A stretch of DNA of 64,000 nt from Octopus vulgaris (Eukaryota). How positions within the stretch are numbered: the first letter of the stretch is position 1; each line of letters starts with the position of its first letter. Positions 1 to 12,497 of this stretch are shown piece after piece. The position numbers and the translations under genes are program-made. The DNA lies in assembly GCA_951406725.2 (NCBI GenBank), contig OX597814.1:37882001-37946000 (forward strand). The letters are read 5' to 3'. The notes below the pieces were generated by a model. The model did no database searches. It worked only from the letters and a program-made list of their open reading frames with translations, and was not told the origin of the DNA.

Positions 1-149
1 CAAAGTGAGCAGAAACAAAAATGTTTACGAACTAAAATACTAGTCATATATTCACGCTGTCTGCAGCAATGACAGAGTTAAATAACCCCAAAATTGTATG
101 ACTTCCAGACCAGCGTGTGATCTATTAATACTATTATTAATAATGATGC

Positions 150-930
150 CCTGGTGATAACAGAGACAAGAAAGAACCCAAAGAACGATGTTCATTTGCG
201 AAAGATCATTAGCCCTGCTTTATCCAGCTCCATAATAATTTGTGCAAAAGCCATTATTCAGAATGTGGCCAAAGGTTCTACAGCTGCAATAACTGTGTGG
301 TTGACTCTGTGAATGGAGTAAATCCTCAATATGTATTGATTGAACTAAGTTTCGGCACCCGTACATCATATCGATTATAAATTATATCGAAGAAAATTTA
401 AATGCATGTTCTGGTGGTTTACTTGCTAATTACCAAAAAACTTTTTGACTTCAACTTGCCCTTCTTCCAGATGATCTTTCCAAAATATCATTGGAAACTA
501 GTTAGATATTTATAAATCTTCACTCCCAGGTTGTCATTTTAGATTTTAAGTCGAAAATAATTTATTTGCAACCAATTACAGGTTCATCTCTGATATTTTT
601 ACATGAATATATTAAGCTAAAATGGATTATGACCTATATGTTGCATATATATTAAGACACGTTTGCTATTTGGAAATGCAAATTCATGGAAAAGAAATTA
701 ATATCTCCAAACAAATTTAGTTTGGCTGGGGATATTATTTGCGTTTACAAAAGAGTATCCTGGGATCAGAGATTGGCAGAGTATTTCAATTGCAAATGTC
801 TGACAACTTAAAATTTCTAGTCATTTCTTTTCTCTAAGGAAAATACAATAACAGATGAACTCAGTCTGAAATATTGGAGGCGGTAATCTAAGTTTATTAC
901 GTTAACACGTCCTTTTTCAGAAGATATTTG
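150..930 (+). mobile_element. Heavily degraded Penelope-like reverse transcriptase remnant
   Basis: Manual translation near 165-250 gives KNPKNDVHLRKIIS..HNNLCK, resembling the PLE RT motif PKxHKxxxPLRPIIS..xNLxK. Later fragments (FAIW, FTKE) are in the expected order, with many stops and frameshifts. Confidence 0.3.
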
Positions 931-1068
931 GTGTTACAAGTAAGAGCTTTTGGCTCAAAACTCATTACCATGGAACAAAAGTAATTATTTTCGACAGCTT
1001 TGTACGCAAATTATTTTAACCAATCAGCAAAACTGTAAAGTTTATTATACTTATATTTGCCTTAGAAA

Positions 1069-1072
<4 letters not shown>

Positions 1073-1131
<59 letters not shown>

Positions 1132-1228
1132 GGTAAATGAATTGAAGTAGGAATTCGCTTTCGGAATCACAGACACACATATATACAAAGAGACAGACAG
1201 ACAGAAAGACACGCATACGCATGTGTGA

Positions 1229-1278
<50 letters not shown>

Positions 1279-1435
1279 GTGTGTGTTTGTCTTTATATAT
1301 GCACACCATGAACCATGACTAAATAGAATATGCACGATGGCTATAACCGAAAATAAGTTAGAAGAATGTATTAAAATGAATGTATTTAAAAAGAAGCTCA
1401 TGCTGTGCTGTACACAAGTGTACATTACTTATATA

Positions 1436-1500
<65 letters not shown>
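1073..1500. repeat. Microsatellite cluster (GA)n, (GT)n, (TA)n
   Basis: Directly visible: (GA)n ~1073-1126, (GT)n ~1222-1286, (TA)n ~1430-1500. Confidence 0.95.
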
Positions 1501-1502
<2 letters not shown>

Positions 1503-2723
1503 TCTGTATCCATCCTGAAATACTTTGTTAAAAAGAATATCAAAATATATATTTAACAATAAACATACATAAAATCTGTACACCTTGAAAATACTGATAA
1601 ACAAAAAGCCAAATATAAAGAACAGGAGGCAAACAGAAAGTGGTTAATGTTTATGTTTTAAAAACAAGCAACAATAGTCACATCAGACGAAATATACGGC
1701 TTCCATTATAATGATAATGGAGGCTTCCTAATGGTTAGAATTCAAATATACAGTTGTTTGTTATTTTATTATTGCTAATTACTCAGAAACTAAATGTGAT
1801 TTTCTTCGTTAGCAGGCAAAATTACATCACTTTAGAAAATTTGAAGAACATCTATGGTGTGAAAGAAGCTATTAAGATCCCATTTGTGTTATTTATTTAG
1901 TATTCTCACTGACGAATAATGAGAATGGTATTCACATATGTAAACACACACACACACACACAAGTATATACATATGCATATATGTATACGTATCTGTGTT
2001 TGCATATATATATATATATGTGTGTGTGTGTGTATGTCTGTGTATTCCCTTATATACAATTCAAAATTGCAAGGCAGGACAAGTTAGGTAGAGTTAAGAG
2101 ATTGTTACACGGGTTCCACTCTCAACACCCCTCCGACTCGTGGATAGAGAATCCTCATCACTCCAGATAAGTTTATCGGCCTCTGCCCCTGTATATAAAA
2201 GAGAAAAACAGAAGACGAAATCGGTATAATTAATTTATATTCATTTCACGTGTTTCATACGATTGGCAAACATCCATTACCGGAGAATAAAACTCGGTGA
2301 GGTTGACACGTTGCCGGTTCCAGTCATCAGAATTACGCCGCAAACATAGACCACAAAGAAATACGGCGGAATTTCTGCCGACAGTTATACAAATAAGTGT
2401 AGTTAAATTATCATGAGCTAATAGAAATAGGAGCAGAGTGTGCGAGGGTAAGACTGAGAGAAGAATGTGACGGAATTGAGGAAATAATGACCACCAGACC
2501 ACGCTGGCGGTATAGTGGAAGAACTTTCCAAGGAACCTGACAATGAGTCTGACCCCACAAACATATGGTTGGGAAGCATCTTCGTACCACACAGCCACGC
2601 TATTGCCTCTATTATTATGGGTATACATTTGTACCACAGTGTCACTTCGAAGGGATGCATTGCTCATTCACGCAATAACACTCTACTACTACTACTACTA
2701 CTACTACTAATAATAATAATAAT

Positions 2724-2773
<50 letters not shown>

Positions 2774-2779
2774 TGATAA

Positions 2780-3220
2780 GTCAAAGTTTTTGGAGTGACA
2801 ACTGGAGCAAAAACAAGGGGCACAAACGTTAGTCAGCCTAAAACAGGCAGAACTAGATATTTCAGAAAAGGGAGTGAAGGAAATCAACAAAAAAATGTGC
2901 AACTCGAATTCCCCTGGACTAGATGGAGTTCACGACTAGAGTATCAAAACTTCGGTGAATTTCAATCACGGACAGCTGCACAACTCAGCAACTTGTTAAA
3001 TGTCGACTAAATAACATCAGAGTGGTTGAAAATTGGTAGGGAAGTACTGTGCTTGAAATACATCGAAAAAGGCAATACGGTAAACAATTACAGGCCGATA
3101 ACCCGCTTGCCACTTACGTGGAAATTATTGACTGATTTAATCTCAGAGTCAACGTACCGACATCTGAAAAAAATATAGATTCCTGGGAGTTGCAAGCGTA
3201 AGTGCAGAAGTACGAAGGAT
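2780..3220 (+). mobile_element. R4/Dong-clade (RLE) non-LTR retrotransposon, upstream part, degraded
   Basis: Translates to KGNTVNNYRPITRLPLTWKLLTDLISE and CKRKCRSTKD (early RT domains). Preceded by (TAC)/(TAA)n at 2684-2778 and continues after the RTE insertion. Confidence 0.8.
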
Positions 3221-4590
3221 TGTCGCTCCAAAGATTTGGCACCAATCTCAAATCATTCCAATACCCAAAAAAGGCGATTTGTCCCTCGTCACCAACTACA
3301 GGGGCATATCTCTAATGTCAATTGCTGCAAAACTGTACAACACACTGATCCTAAATCGTCTTGTCCTTTTTGTTAAACCTTTGCTCCGAAAGAACCAAAA
3401 TGGATTCAGACATGGGCGCTCAACGTTGAGCCAGATACTATGCCTGCGCAGACTTATTGAAGAATCAAAAGCATTTAATCGCGATCTTGCAATGGTATTT
3501 GTAGACTTTTCTAAAGCGTTCGATTCTGTAGATAGGTGCAAGATGTTTGAAATCCTTAAGCTCTATGGGATACCAGACAAAATTATCTCTGCCATCAAGG
3601 TCCTCTACACAGATACGTATTCAACCATCTTAACCCCTGATGGAGAAACATCATCTTTCTCGATCGAGGCCGGAATACTGCAGGGAGACACACTCGCCCC
3701 ATTTCTTTTCATCATTGTTGTTGATTATGTGCTACGTATGTCAATTGATACCATCTCTGGCAAGGGCTTTGAAATAAAAACAAGAAGAAGTTCCAGACAC
3801 CCAGCTGAGTACTTGAGAGACACTGACTTTGCTGACGACACCGCTCTTATCAGTGATTCTCTCTCCAATGCCCAGTCTCTTTTACAATCTCTTGAACAAG
3901 ACTCAAATTGTGTAGGTCTTTACCTCAATGAGACCAAAACTGAATACATAAACAAGTACCTGTCCAACAGTGATTGCATCATCCACACTCTCAACAGTGC
4001 ACCTTTAAATATGGTTTCTGATTATAAATATCTTGGGTCATACATATCATCATCTGGAAAAGACTTTCTAACTAGAAAGGGTATGGCCTGGTCAGCCTGT
4101 AATGACATGCATAAGATCTGGTCATCAAATCTAAGTAGAGACTTCAAACTTGAAATATTCAAAGCCACAGTCGAACCAATCCTACTATTTGGCTCAGAAA
4201 CCTGGACATTATCAAAGAAGCTTGAGAGGCGGTTGGATGGAACCTACACTCGCCTCCTTATGAGATCTCAAAATCTCTCGTGGAGGCGCCATCCAACTAA
4301 AATGCAAATATATGGGAAATTACTACCTGTGTCATCTCTTGTGAAAGGTAGGAGAGTCCAGTTCGCTGGACATTGTTGTAGAGCTGAAAAAGAAGTAATT
4401 TCTACTCTTCTCCTCTGGCAGCCATCTACTCGCAACACCAGAGGGCGCACACTCTCCTACCCTGATGTAATCTCCAGGGATACAGGCATCCAGCAACAGG
4501 ACCTCCGTAATGCTATGATGGACCGTGAAGTCTGGCGCAACATGGTAAATTCCATTGTCTCGACCACGGTCGAACAATGATGATGATGAT
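3221..4590 (+). mobile_element. 5'-truncated RTE-type LINE nested in the R4/Dong element, with (TGA)n tail
   Basis: Uninterrupted frame from 3222 to the stop at 4580, followed by TGATGATGAT. R4 sequence resumes at 4591. Confidence 0.9.
3279..4580 (+). CDS. LINE reverse transcriptase domain (RTE-like), N-terminally truncated
   Basis: Motifs NYRGISL, QNGFR, FVDFSKAFDS, GILQGDTLAPFLF, FADD, YKYLGS, LLFGSETW. The listed start codon is not a true start; the frame is open back to 3222. Confidence 0.9.
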   Translation: MSLVTNYRGISLMSIAAKLYNTLILNRLVLFVKPLLRKNQNGFRHGRSTLSQILCLRRLIEESKAFNRDLAMVFVDFSKAFDSVDRCKMFEILKLYGIPDKIISAIKVLYTDTYSTILTPDGETSSFSIEAGILQGDTLAPFLFIIVVDYVLRMSIDTISGKGFEIKTRRSSRHPAEYLRDTDFADDTALISDSLSNAQSLLQSLEQDSNCVGLYLNETKTEYINKYLSNSDCIIHTLNSAPLNMVSDYKYLGSYISSSGKDFLTRKGMAWSACNDMHKIWSSNLSRDFKLEIFKATVEPILLFGSETWTLSKKLERRLDGTYTRLLMRSQNLSWRRHPTKMQIYGKLLPVSSLVKGRRVQFAGHCCRAEKEVISTLLLWQPSTRNTRGRTLSYPDVISRDTGIQQQDLRNAMMDREVWRNMVNSIVSTTVEQ

Positions 4591-6432
4591 AGAGACTGGA
4601 AGAGGAGGAAAAATAACTTAGCCATATCATGGATCCCTTATCGAAAGTCGTACGATATGATCTCACATCCCCAGATTATGGAATTATGAACCTATTTGAT
4701 ATTCCATCGAATGTTGAGCGATTGCTTGGAAAAATTATGGCGAAGTGGACGACGGAACCGACCGCTTATGGAATACACTTAAGGACAATAGAACTTAAGA
4801 GAGGCATTACCCAAGGGGAATGCTTGCCCTCACTGATCTTTGTACTGAACATGGTACCATTGACACTGACTCTGAAGAAAGCAATGACCAACAAAATGTC
4901 TACCACATTTTATGCATGTATGACGTCAAACTTTATGGTAAAGAGGAATACCAAGTGAGTTCCTTCGTTGATACGGTATATACTTCCAGTGCTGATATCA
5001 GAGTGGAGTTGGGACTGAGAAAGTGTGATGTGTTAGTCTTGAATAGATGCAAAATCATTTATATGGACAAGGTAGTGATACCGTCGCGGGAGGTTATGAA
5101 GCAGATAGAAGTGACGGGCTATAAGGGCGTGGGGATTTTGGAAATGGATAAATTGATAGAGAAAGAAATGATAGAAAAGTCTAAGGCGAGGCAAATGCGC
5201 ACAGTATGACTGATTCTTAAGTCGAATTCTAACGGACGGAATTAGATTGATGCTGTCAACCCCTGGAAGGTTTCACTACTTAGATATGGAGCCGGGGTAA
5301 TCGCATGGGTAGTAAAGGAACTAAACGCTTTAGAGAGAAAGAAAGAAAGTTGCTGACTACATATGGAATATTCTACCCAAAAAGTGACACAGACAGACTG
5401 TATTAACTAAGAAAATGAAGGGGGAAAGGACTGATTGTATGCGAACACAGAATTACAGCAGAAGAAAACAACATAGAATGGTATGTAAAAAATGCCACAG
5501 AACCTCTATTATTGGAAGTAAGGTCAATCTTGTGTTTGATTGAAGATTCCAAAGGTAAAGCACTGTAAAAGCACTTCAGAATGAATGAAACTGAAAAGAG
5601 GTGGATAAAGAAAAGATTGCAGGGACAATTTCATGGGCATGTTGGAGATAAGACAGAAAGAGAAGATGGCTATGGATGGGTAAAAGTGATTTAAAACCGG
5701 AAAGAGAGGCCCTAATCTGTGCTCCCCACTAGCAAGCATTAAGAACCAATTACATCAAAATGCAGAATAGGCAACTCATCTGAAAGTGATAAGTGTAGAA
5801 TTTGTGGACGAAATGGTGAAACAGTATGGTATACTACCAGTCAATATATGCCACTACCATAGAAAGAATATGAGACATCATGATACTATAGCAAAGATTG
5901 TTCATTGGACACTTTGCATCAAGTATGGACTTCACAGAGCAAAAAAAGTGGTACGAACATAAACCCTAAGGCGTCATCGAAAATGATAATGCAAAGATCC
6001 TATGGAATTTTAATATCCTGTGCGACCATGTGATAGAGAATAGAACACCGGACATAGTGTTAATTGAGAAAGAAATCAAACGATGCTGGATAATAGATAT
6101 ACGATGCCCAGCTGACAACATGTATGTGATAAGGAAGAAAGAAAAGTCGATACATATGACAGATTAGCTTCGGAGATTAAGAATTTGTTGTCGCTGAAAA
6201 TGTGGTAGTAATACCAGTAATTGTCTAAGACCTGAGAACAGTGAGTAAAAAAGCTTCAGAATAATATGAAGCAAATAGTGGCTGCAGTAAGAGTGGAGCA
6301 CTTGCAGAAAACAGCACTTTTTGAAACCTCAAAAATACACTGGGTGCTTGAAAAATAAATGTTATTGCCTTAGTTCACTGGTGACACTGTATTACATTCC
6401 CAGCGTTAGAAACTATGCAAAGACAATTGATA

Positions 6433-6437
<5 letters not shown>
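4591..6437 (+). mobile_element. R4/Dong-clade LINE, 3' part (RT, zinc knuckle, restriction-like endonuclease), pseudogenised
   Basis: NLAISWIPYRKSYDMI, RGITQGECLPSLIF, YDVKLYG, degenerate knuckle KCRICGRNGETVW, endonuclease motif RTPDIVLIEKEIKRCWIIDI. Ends in (TAA)n at 6438-6506. Confidence 0.85.
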
Positions 6438-6508
<71 letters not shown>

Positions 6509-6514
6509 TGAATA

Positions 6515-6857
6515 GTGAAGGTGCGTGGCTCAGTGGTTAAAGCGTCGAGCTTACGATCGTGAGGTTGTGAGTTCGAATCCTGGACCGGGCTGCGTGTTGT
6601 GTTCTTGAGCAAGACACTTTATTTCACGTTGCTCCGGTTCACTCAGCTGTAGAAATGAGTTGCGACGTCACTGGCGCCAAGATGTATCGGCCCCTTTGCC
6701 TTTCCCTTGGATAACACTGGTGGCCGTGAGAGAGGAGGCCGGTATGCATGGGCGACTGCTGGTCTTCCATAAACCACCTTGCCCAGACTTGTGACTAGGA
6801 GGGTAACTTTCTAGGTGCAATCCCATGGTCAATGTCGTGACCGGAGGGGGTCCCGAA
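6515..6857 (+). mobile_element. tRNA-derived CORE-type SINE
   Basis: A box TGGCTCAGTGG, B box GTTCGAATCC, CORE-like TTGTGTTCTTGAGCAAGACACTT..CACTCAGCTGTAGAAATGAGT. Sits between trinucleotide repeats. Confidence 0.85.
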
Positions 6858-6883
6858 TGATGATGATGATGATGATGATGATG

Positions 6884-6916
<33 letters not shown>

Positions 6917-6955
6917 GTTCTCGCAAATATTAAGAAAAAGAAATAAAAATAAACA

Positions 6956-7266
6956 GCAGGAGTGGCTGTATGGTAAGTAGCTTGCTAACCAACCACATGG
7001 TTGCGAGTTCAGTCCCACTGCGTGGCATCTTGGGCAAGTGTCTTCTGCTATAGCCCCGGGCCGACCAATGCCTTGTGAGTGGATTTGGTAGACGGAAAGT
7101 GAAAGAAGCCTGTCGAATAGATGTATTAGCGGTTCGGCAAAAAGAGACCGATTGAATAAGTACTGGGCTTACAAAGAATAAGTCCCGGGGTCGATTTAAT
7201 CGACTAAAGGCGGTGCTCCAGCATGGTCGCAGTCAAATGACTGAAACAAGTAAAAGAGTAAAGAGA
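6956..7266 (+). mobile_element. tRNA-derived SINE (octopus OK-like), internally deleted
   Basis: Head GCAGGAGTGGCTGTATGGTAAG..GTTCAGTCCCACTG and tail CCAGCATGG..GACTGAAACAAGTAAAAGAG. Clearly homologous to 46661-47055. Confidence 0.85.
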
Positions 7267-8069
7267 GCATCAACATCAGTCTTTCACTTTAAGGAGAATG
7301 AGAATCTGCTTACTCAGCCTCTCGTCACATAGTGTAGCGAAGTTACGGGTATAAGTGTAGAATACGGAAAGTCATTTATGTGACATATTTTTACAAGATA
7401 TCTACTCAATGAGCGATGACTTGTGTACAAACAATAAAAAAAACCCATTTCCCTATACTGCAATCGTAATTATTCGACATTAAATACCGATTTAATTTAG
7501 TTTTGAAGATTTGCACATCTTAACCAAATGCATCAGGTTTTAATTGAATAAGTGTATCCTTGTTACATATCGGATAATGTGTTCTAGCATTTAAATATAT
7601 TCAGTAAAAATGTACACGCTAAGTAGAGCGTGGTTGTATAATATTTTGTGGCGTATAATATTATAACACATGCAAAATCAAAACAAGGAAATATAGTTTA
7701 TCGTTTATATGTCTCTGAATGACTACAACGGAAATAGTTTCAATTTATCTAACAACTGAATCGTAAACTTATTTCCTAGCAGATTACCGACTGCTCAGCA
7801 GAAATCATCATCGAGTTTACATATGGATTTATTGATTACTATATTGACTTCAGGTGATAAATGTTGAGTAGGAAATATTCGACTAAATCGATTTCATTAT
7901 TGTTTTACGTATTACCAGATGCAATTACTACACTGATATACTGCGATGTAACCTGCAGTGGGGAAATCGAGTTCTAATTCAACAGAATTTTAAAATCAAG
8001 ATTCATAAGGATAGACTTATATAGGAAAATTATTTTATATTTTACACGCATATTAATTCTGGTAGTCAG

Positions 8070-8078
8070 AGTAGTAAC

Positions 8079-8151
<73 letters not shown>
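8070..8151. repeat. (GTA)n microsatellite
   Basis: Directly visible. Confidence 0.95.
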
Positions 8152-11098
8152 TGGTAGCCTGCGCTGTTACACTGCGTCCTGCATCCACTGTTAGTGTATC
8201 CCTTAATCCTGGTGGATGACACCTTTGCTCTTCTCAGGAAAAAACCCTCCAATTGTTTGAGTAGTATTTGTTGATAGGGTTTTACAAGTTTGAAGTGCAG
8301 ATCCTTCAACCTCTTTTATTCGCCTCTTGAACCACGCAGAGGAATCATTGGATGTCTTCATTGACACACCACTAGATCAAGTGTAACGAAGTGGTTTGCT
8401 GAATGATACAAGGCACCCAGTCCGGAAATCGAAACACGATCTGGTACAAGCCTTCTGGTACAGTTCAGCAAATATTGTATAGTCATATAGACATTCTTTT
8501 TTATTATCCTATATATCAGAAGGTAGCATAGGTCTGTATTGAAAGGGTGCTGAAAATTAAAGATACTCAAACCAGACATTTTCTTTGCGGCTATTATTAT
8601 TTAACCGCAACACCATCAGACACGAACACAACGATTAAACATTCTTGCGGTAAAATTTGCTTCTTAAATTTTTACCATATTTCTATGTATGTACTATTCA
8701 AATATATATATGGTGAAATTTTGATGAAATATGGTTAGCATATCTTGCAATTAATATGTTGACTACGCTCTGTGTTCACGCAAAATGCAAAAAGAAGTCC
8801 CTCTCCACAGTTGATCTCTCGTTGTTTCCTCATACCATTACTTATAATGGTATGAGTGCAGACGCATAGCTCATTTTCCTCACCTCACTGTAAATTTTGC
8901 AGTAACTACTTGAGCCAATATAAATCATATTTGGTTATAATATTTACGCTTATAATAACATAAGCAAGTCTTTTGTTGTATTGCACAGCTGAATTCAATA
9001 TTCTCTATTGTAACATCACTTATGATAATAATGTCTTCTTATTAATCTGTTGAAGTTGTGAATATCGATATGTACTAGATGTAATCTGGAAACCTTTGTG
9101 ACTATCCGATCATCACTTTGTCATTGTTATTCTGCTCCAGGTAGTATAACAATACCAGAGATAGAGAGAGAGCAGACAGAATGTAGCACTTATATATTAG
9201 GTGTAAGTGAAAGAAAACAACCTAATTTGCATTAGAATACCTTCCCACTGTTAACTCGTAGTAATTATTACAGTTCAGCCAAAGAACAAAGTAAATGAAT
9301 AATTGACTGAAATATTTTCATTATATTTATATAGTGTAGCAAACTACGAGGAATGGATGACTACTTTAGATAGAGGTCAATATCAAGTTGATGTGAAATA
9401 TAAATCATATATTTCTTCATAATTTATTTATAATATTCAATATATAATAAATTATCATATTTGTGCATCTTTTGTTCTCAAACGTCGATTTAATTATTGC
9501 GTCAAGTAGTTATATTTTCGCTTGGTGTTTCTGAGTATTCTTTTGTATATTTTCAAACATTTTAATCTGAAACCCTCTAGTCCACTAAGGATTGTATGCA
9601 TATTCATTACTGGAGATTGTACATCTAATGTGTATTTAATTATAACGTGATAGCAAAAAAACATTTTCCTAAAATACACAGATCACTGTATAATTAAATG
9701 GTATTTCTTGAATTCAGTAATGTTGCTTCTATTTATCTGGGCATCGTCAAGAAAGGAAAAATTTCTTATGGAATACAATCGCTAAATAGATATATTACTA
9801 AAATCTAGTAACTGAAATAACCTCCTCAAATCAGAGAGAATGGCATAGATGGATTACAGAACGACATTGATTAAATTATATGTCAGTAATAATTTTTCAA
9901 TGGCTGAGGGGATCTTAAGTTTTTCGGAGTGTGTTTCATTGAAATGTCATCATTTTATTTAAACATACGACTCAACAATTTGTAATAATTAAGAGTATGT
10001 GCGATTTTATCGGTTTTCTTTTCTTAATAAACACTCAAATATCATACGTATAAATATAAGTTATAAGCTGAATAATTATCTCAATATACATTGAAAAAAA
10101 GTTTCATATTCTTATTTTGATCAGAGTGTTCCTCAATTTGCAACGCATTTGCAAAGGAAGCGTATTTCTTAGACTACAATTTAAATAAATATTTGTGTGA
10201 CAAGTAGAAAATGTTCACTAGGAAATAATGCGGTGGAAATATTTATTTAGAAATCAATACAAACGAAGTATTAATGCATAACTCTGCACACTTAGGAATG
10301 TATGTATGTATTTATTTATTTATGTATGTATGTATGTATGTATGTATGTATGCGTATATGTATGTATGTATGTATTTATGTATGTATGTATCTATTTATG
10401 TATGAATGTATGTCATTATTCAGTTTATTTCAAGATTTCCTGCCAATAGAGAAAGAACCGATTTCTAACGTAGATACAATATTCCTCCATTGGAATTTCA
10501 GCCTCAACAACAGGGTATTATTGTTTGTCTGTCTGTATGTATGTGTGTATGTATGTATGTATGTATGTATGTATGTATGTATGTATGTATGTGTGTATGT
10601 ATGTATGTATGTATGTATGGATGGATGGATGGATGGATGCACGTATTTATATATGCATGTATGTGTAGAGGTTTATGCTTTATGTATGCATTCTCATGCG
10701 TATAGCAGCATATCTAGACATGCTCATATATATTTAAATGATAAACCTCGGGGAGGTTATACAGATTTTTACAGTTCCAGTGATAGATTAAATCTGTAGT
10801 ATTCGAATTAGCTTTCTCTTTTATGGTTTTGAGAAGCCTAATTACTCCCGATTGTTATTTTTGGAATGTGTTACATATCCCAGGTCCCTAATAATCATAA
10901 GTATAAACCTGAACTTTTAATCTGGATAGAGTAATTGCAGATTTCTCAATAGTTCAGCATAGGAGTTCTCTTTTTCACTGATCTTCAGGTTTATGTTAAC
11001 ATCCGATGGACATCTAATTTCCACAAGAGTGCAGAGTTTCTCTGCAGACGAACCGGATTAGGCTTCATATATATATATTTATATATATGTATATATAC

Positions 11099-11200
<102 letters not shown>

Positions 11201-11219
11201 ATGTTTGAGTGCGTGAATT

Positions 11220-11261
<42 letters not shown>

Positions 11262-12106
11262 TATATAGACACTTATATACACTGACAAATATAAATCTAT
11301 GAATACAGGTATTTATATATATAGGCAAACATGTTTAGATTTACTTGGAATTATTTTGTCCTTCTGATGAAGGAGTTCGGTCTTACGGTATAAATCTCTA
11401 TGCAACATGTATGAATCCCATATTCATGCCGTTTTTGCATTCCAACAGTTATGGGTATTAAATTGTTACGTAATTCACTGCCGCAAGAAACGGCTGTATA
11501 GTTAAAAACATGTAGTCTCCCTTTAGTTTCTTGTATTCTTTTATATTCTATGTAAAACTAACTTTATCTGTCAACGTATATAAATATATCTATGCATATA
11601 CACGTCTCCATCTGAATATGCTTTGTTTGTATTCGTATCAATATCCATATGTATATCCATATGTTCATATGCATATTTATATATATAAATATGTATATGA
11701 ATTTATCTCCTTTGCACGGATCTTTTCATTCAGGTACTATTAGACTCAACACCGTTTGGATATCGGTGTTGATGCAAAGTAAGTGAACAGAGATGACAAA
11801 ACCGTTACAACTTGCTATGTTGACTCATAATAATAATTTTTATACTTCTTAATTCCACCACAAATTATTTATTTGTATGTATATGTATCTTTGTTTTTTA
11901 TATCAAAAAGCAATTACTTTGATAGCTAGTGTGTATTTTTGTTTCTTTTGCTTTTCTCCTATTTGTACCACGTGTAGTCTTTTTTCCTCGAAACCTGCTT
12001 CTATTATATGTGTGTGTATATATATAATATTAGGGAGTATATCTCCAAACATACAGGGAAAAATTCAATTTAGTATTAAATCAAATTTCACAGTATAAAT
12101 ATATAA

Positions 12107-12281
12107 AATATGAATTAGAGATAAAACCACTATTATGCAACTCAAAAAGTGATTGACATAAACCAATACATAAATAACAAATAATATATATTATATTAAT
12201 TGCATATATTATTTGTTATTTATATATTGGTTTATGTCTATCACTGTTTGAGTTGCATAATAGTGGTTTTATCTCTAATTC

Positions 12282-12286
<5 letters not shown>
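12107..12286. repeat. ~80-bp-arm inverted repeat inside a (TA)n-flanked element
   Basis: 12107-12189 is the near reverse complement of 12204-12286. Confidence 0.9.
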
Positions 12287-12331
<45 letters not shown>

Positions 12332-12497
12332 CATATATATATATATGTGTGTGTGTGTACACAATATGGGGTTTAGTTCACAGGTGATCTAAACGATTAG
12401 GTACGCTAGGTAAATGTAACGGATTACTAGTTCTCCAAGTTTATAGCCGAGACATTAGTTATGGAGCAATTGCAGATTTTCGATATAGCGGATATAT

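Noticed and set aside
2245-2335. Minus-strand CTGATGA...GAAACACGTG hammerhead-like motif
   Set aside because: Stem II does not close next to the core and the cleavage triplet and stem I are missing. At best a decayed remnant.
6520-6595. tRNA gene
   Set aside because: The A/B boxes belong to a SINE head continuing into a CORE domain, with no complete cloverleaf.
10900-10996. Minus-strand ataaac-CTGAAGA...gtttat motif
   Set aside because: GAAA and a proper stem II are absent, and the register of stem I is off.
11360-11415. CTGATGAAGGAG...CTCTATGCAACATGTA
   Set aside because: GAAA is mutated and stem I does not pair. Too degenerate to call.
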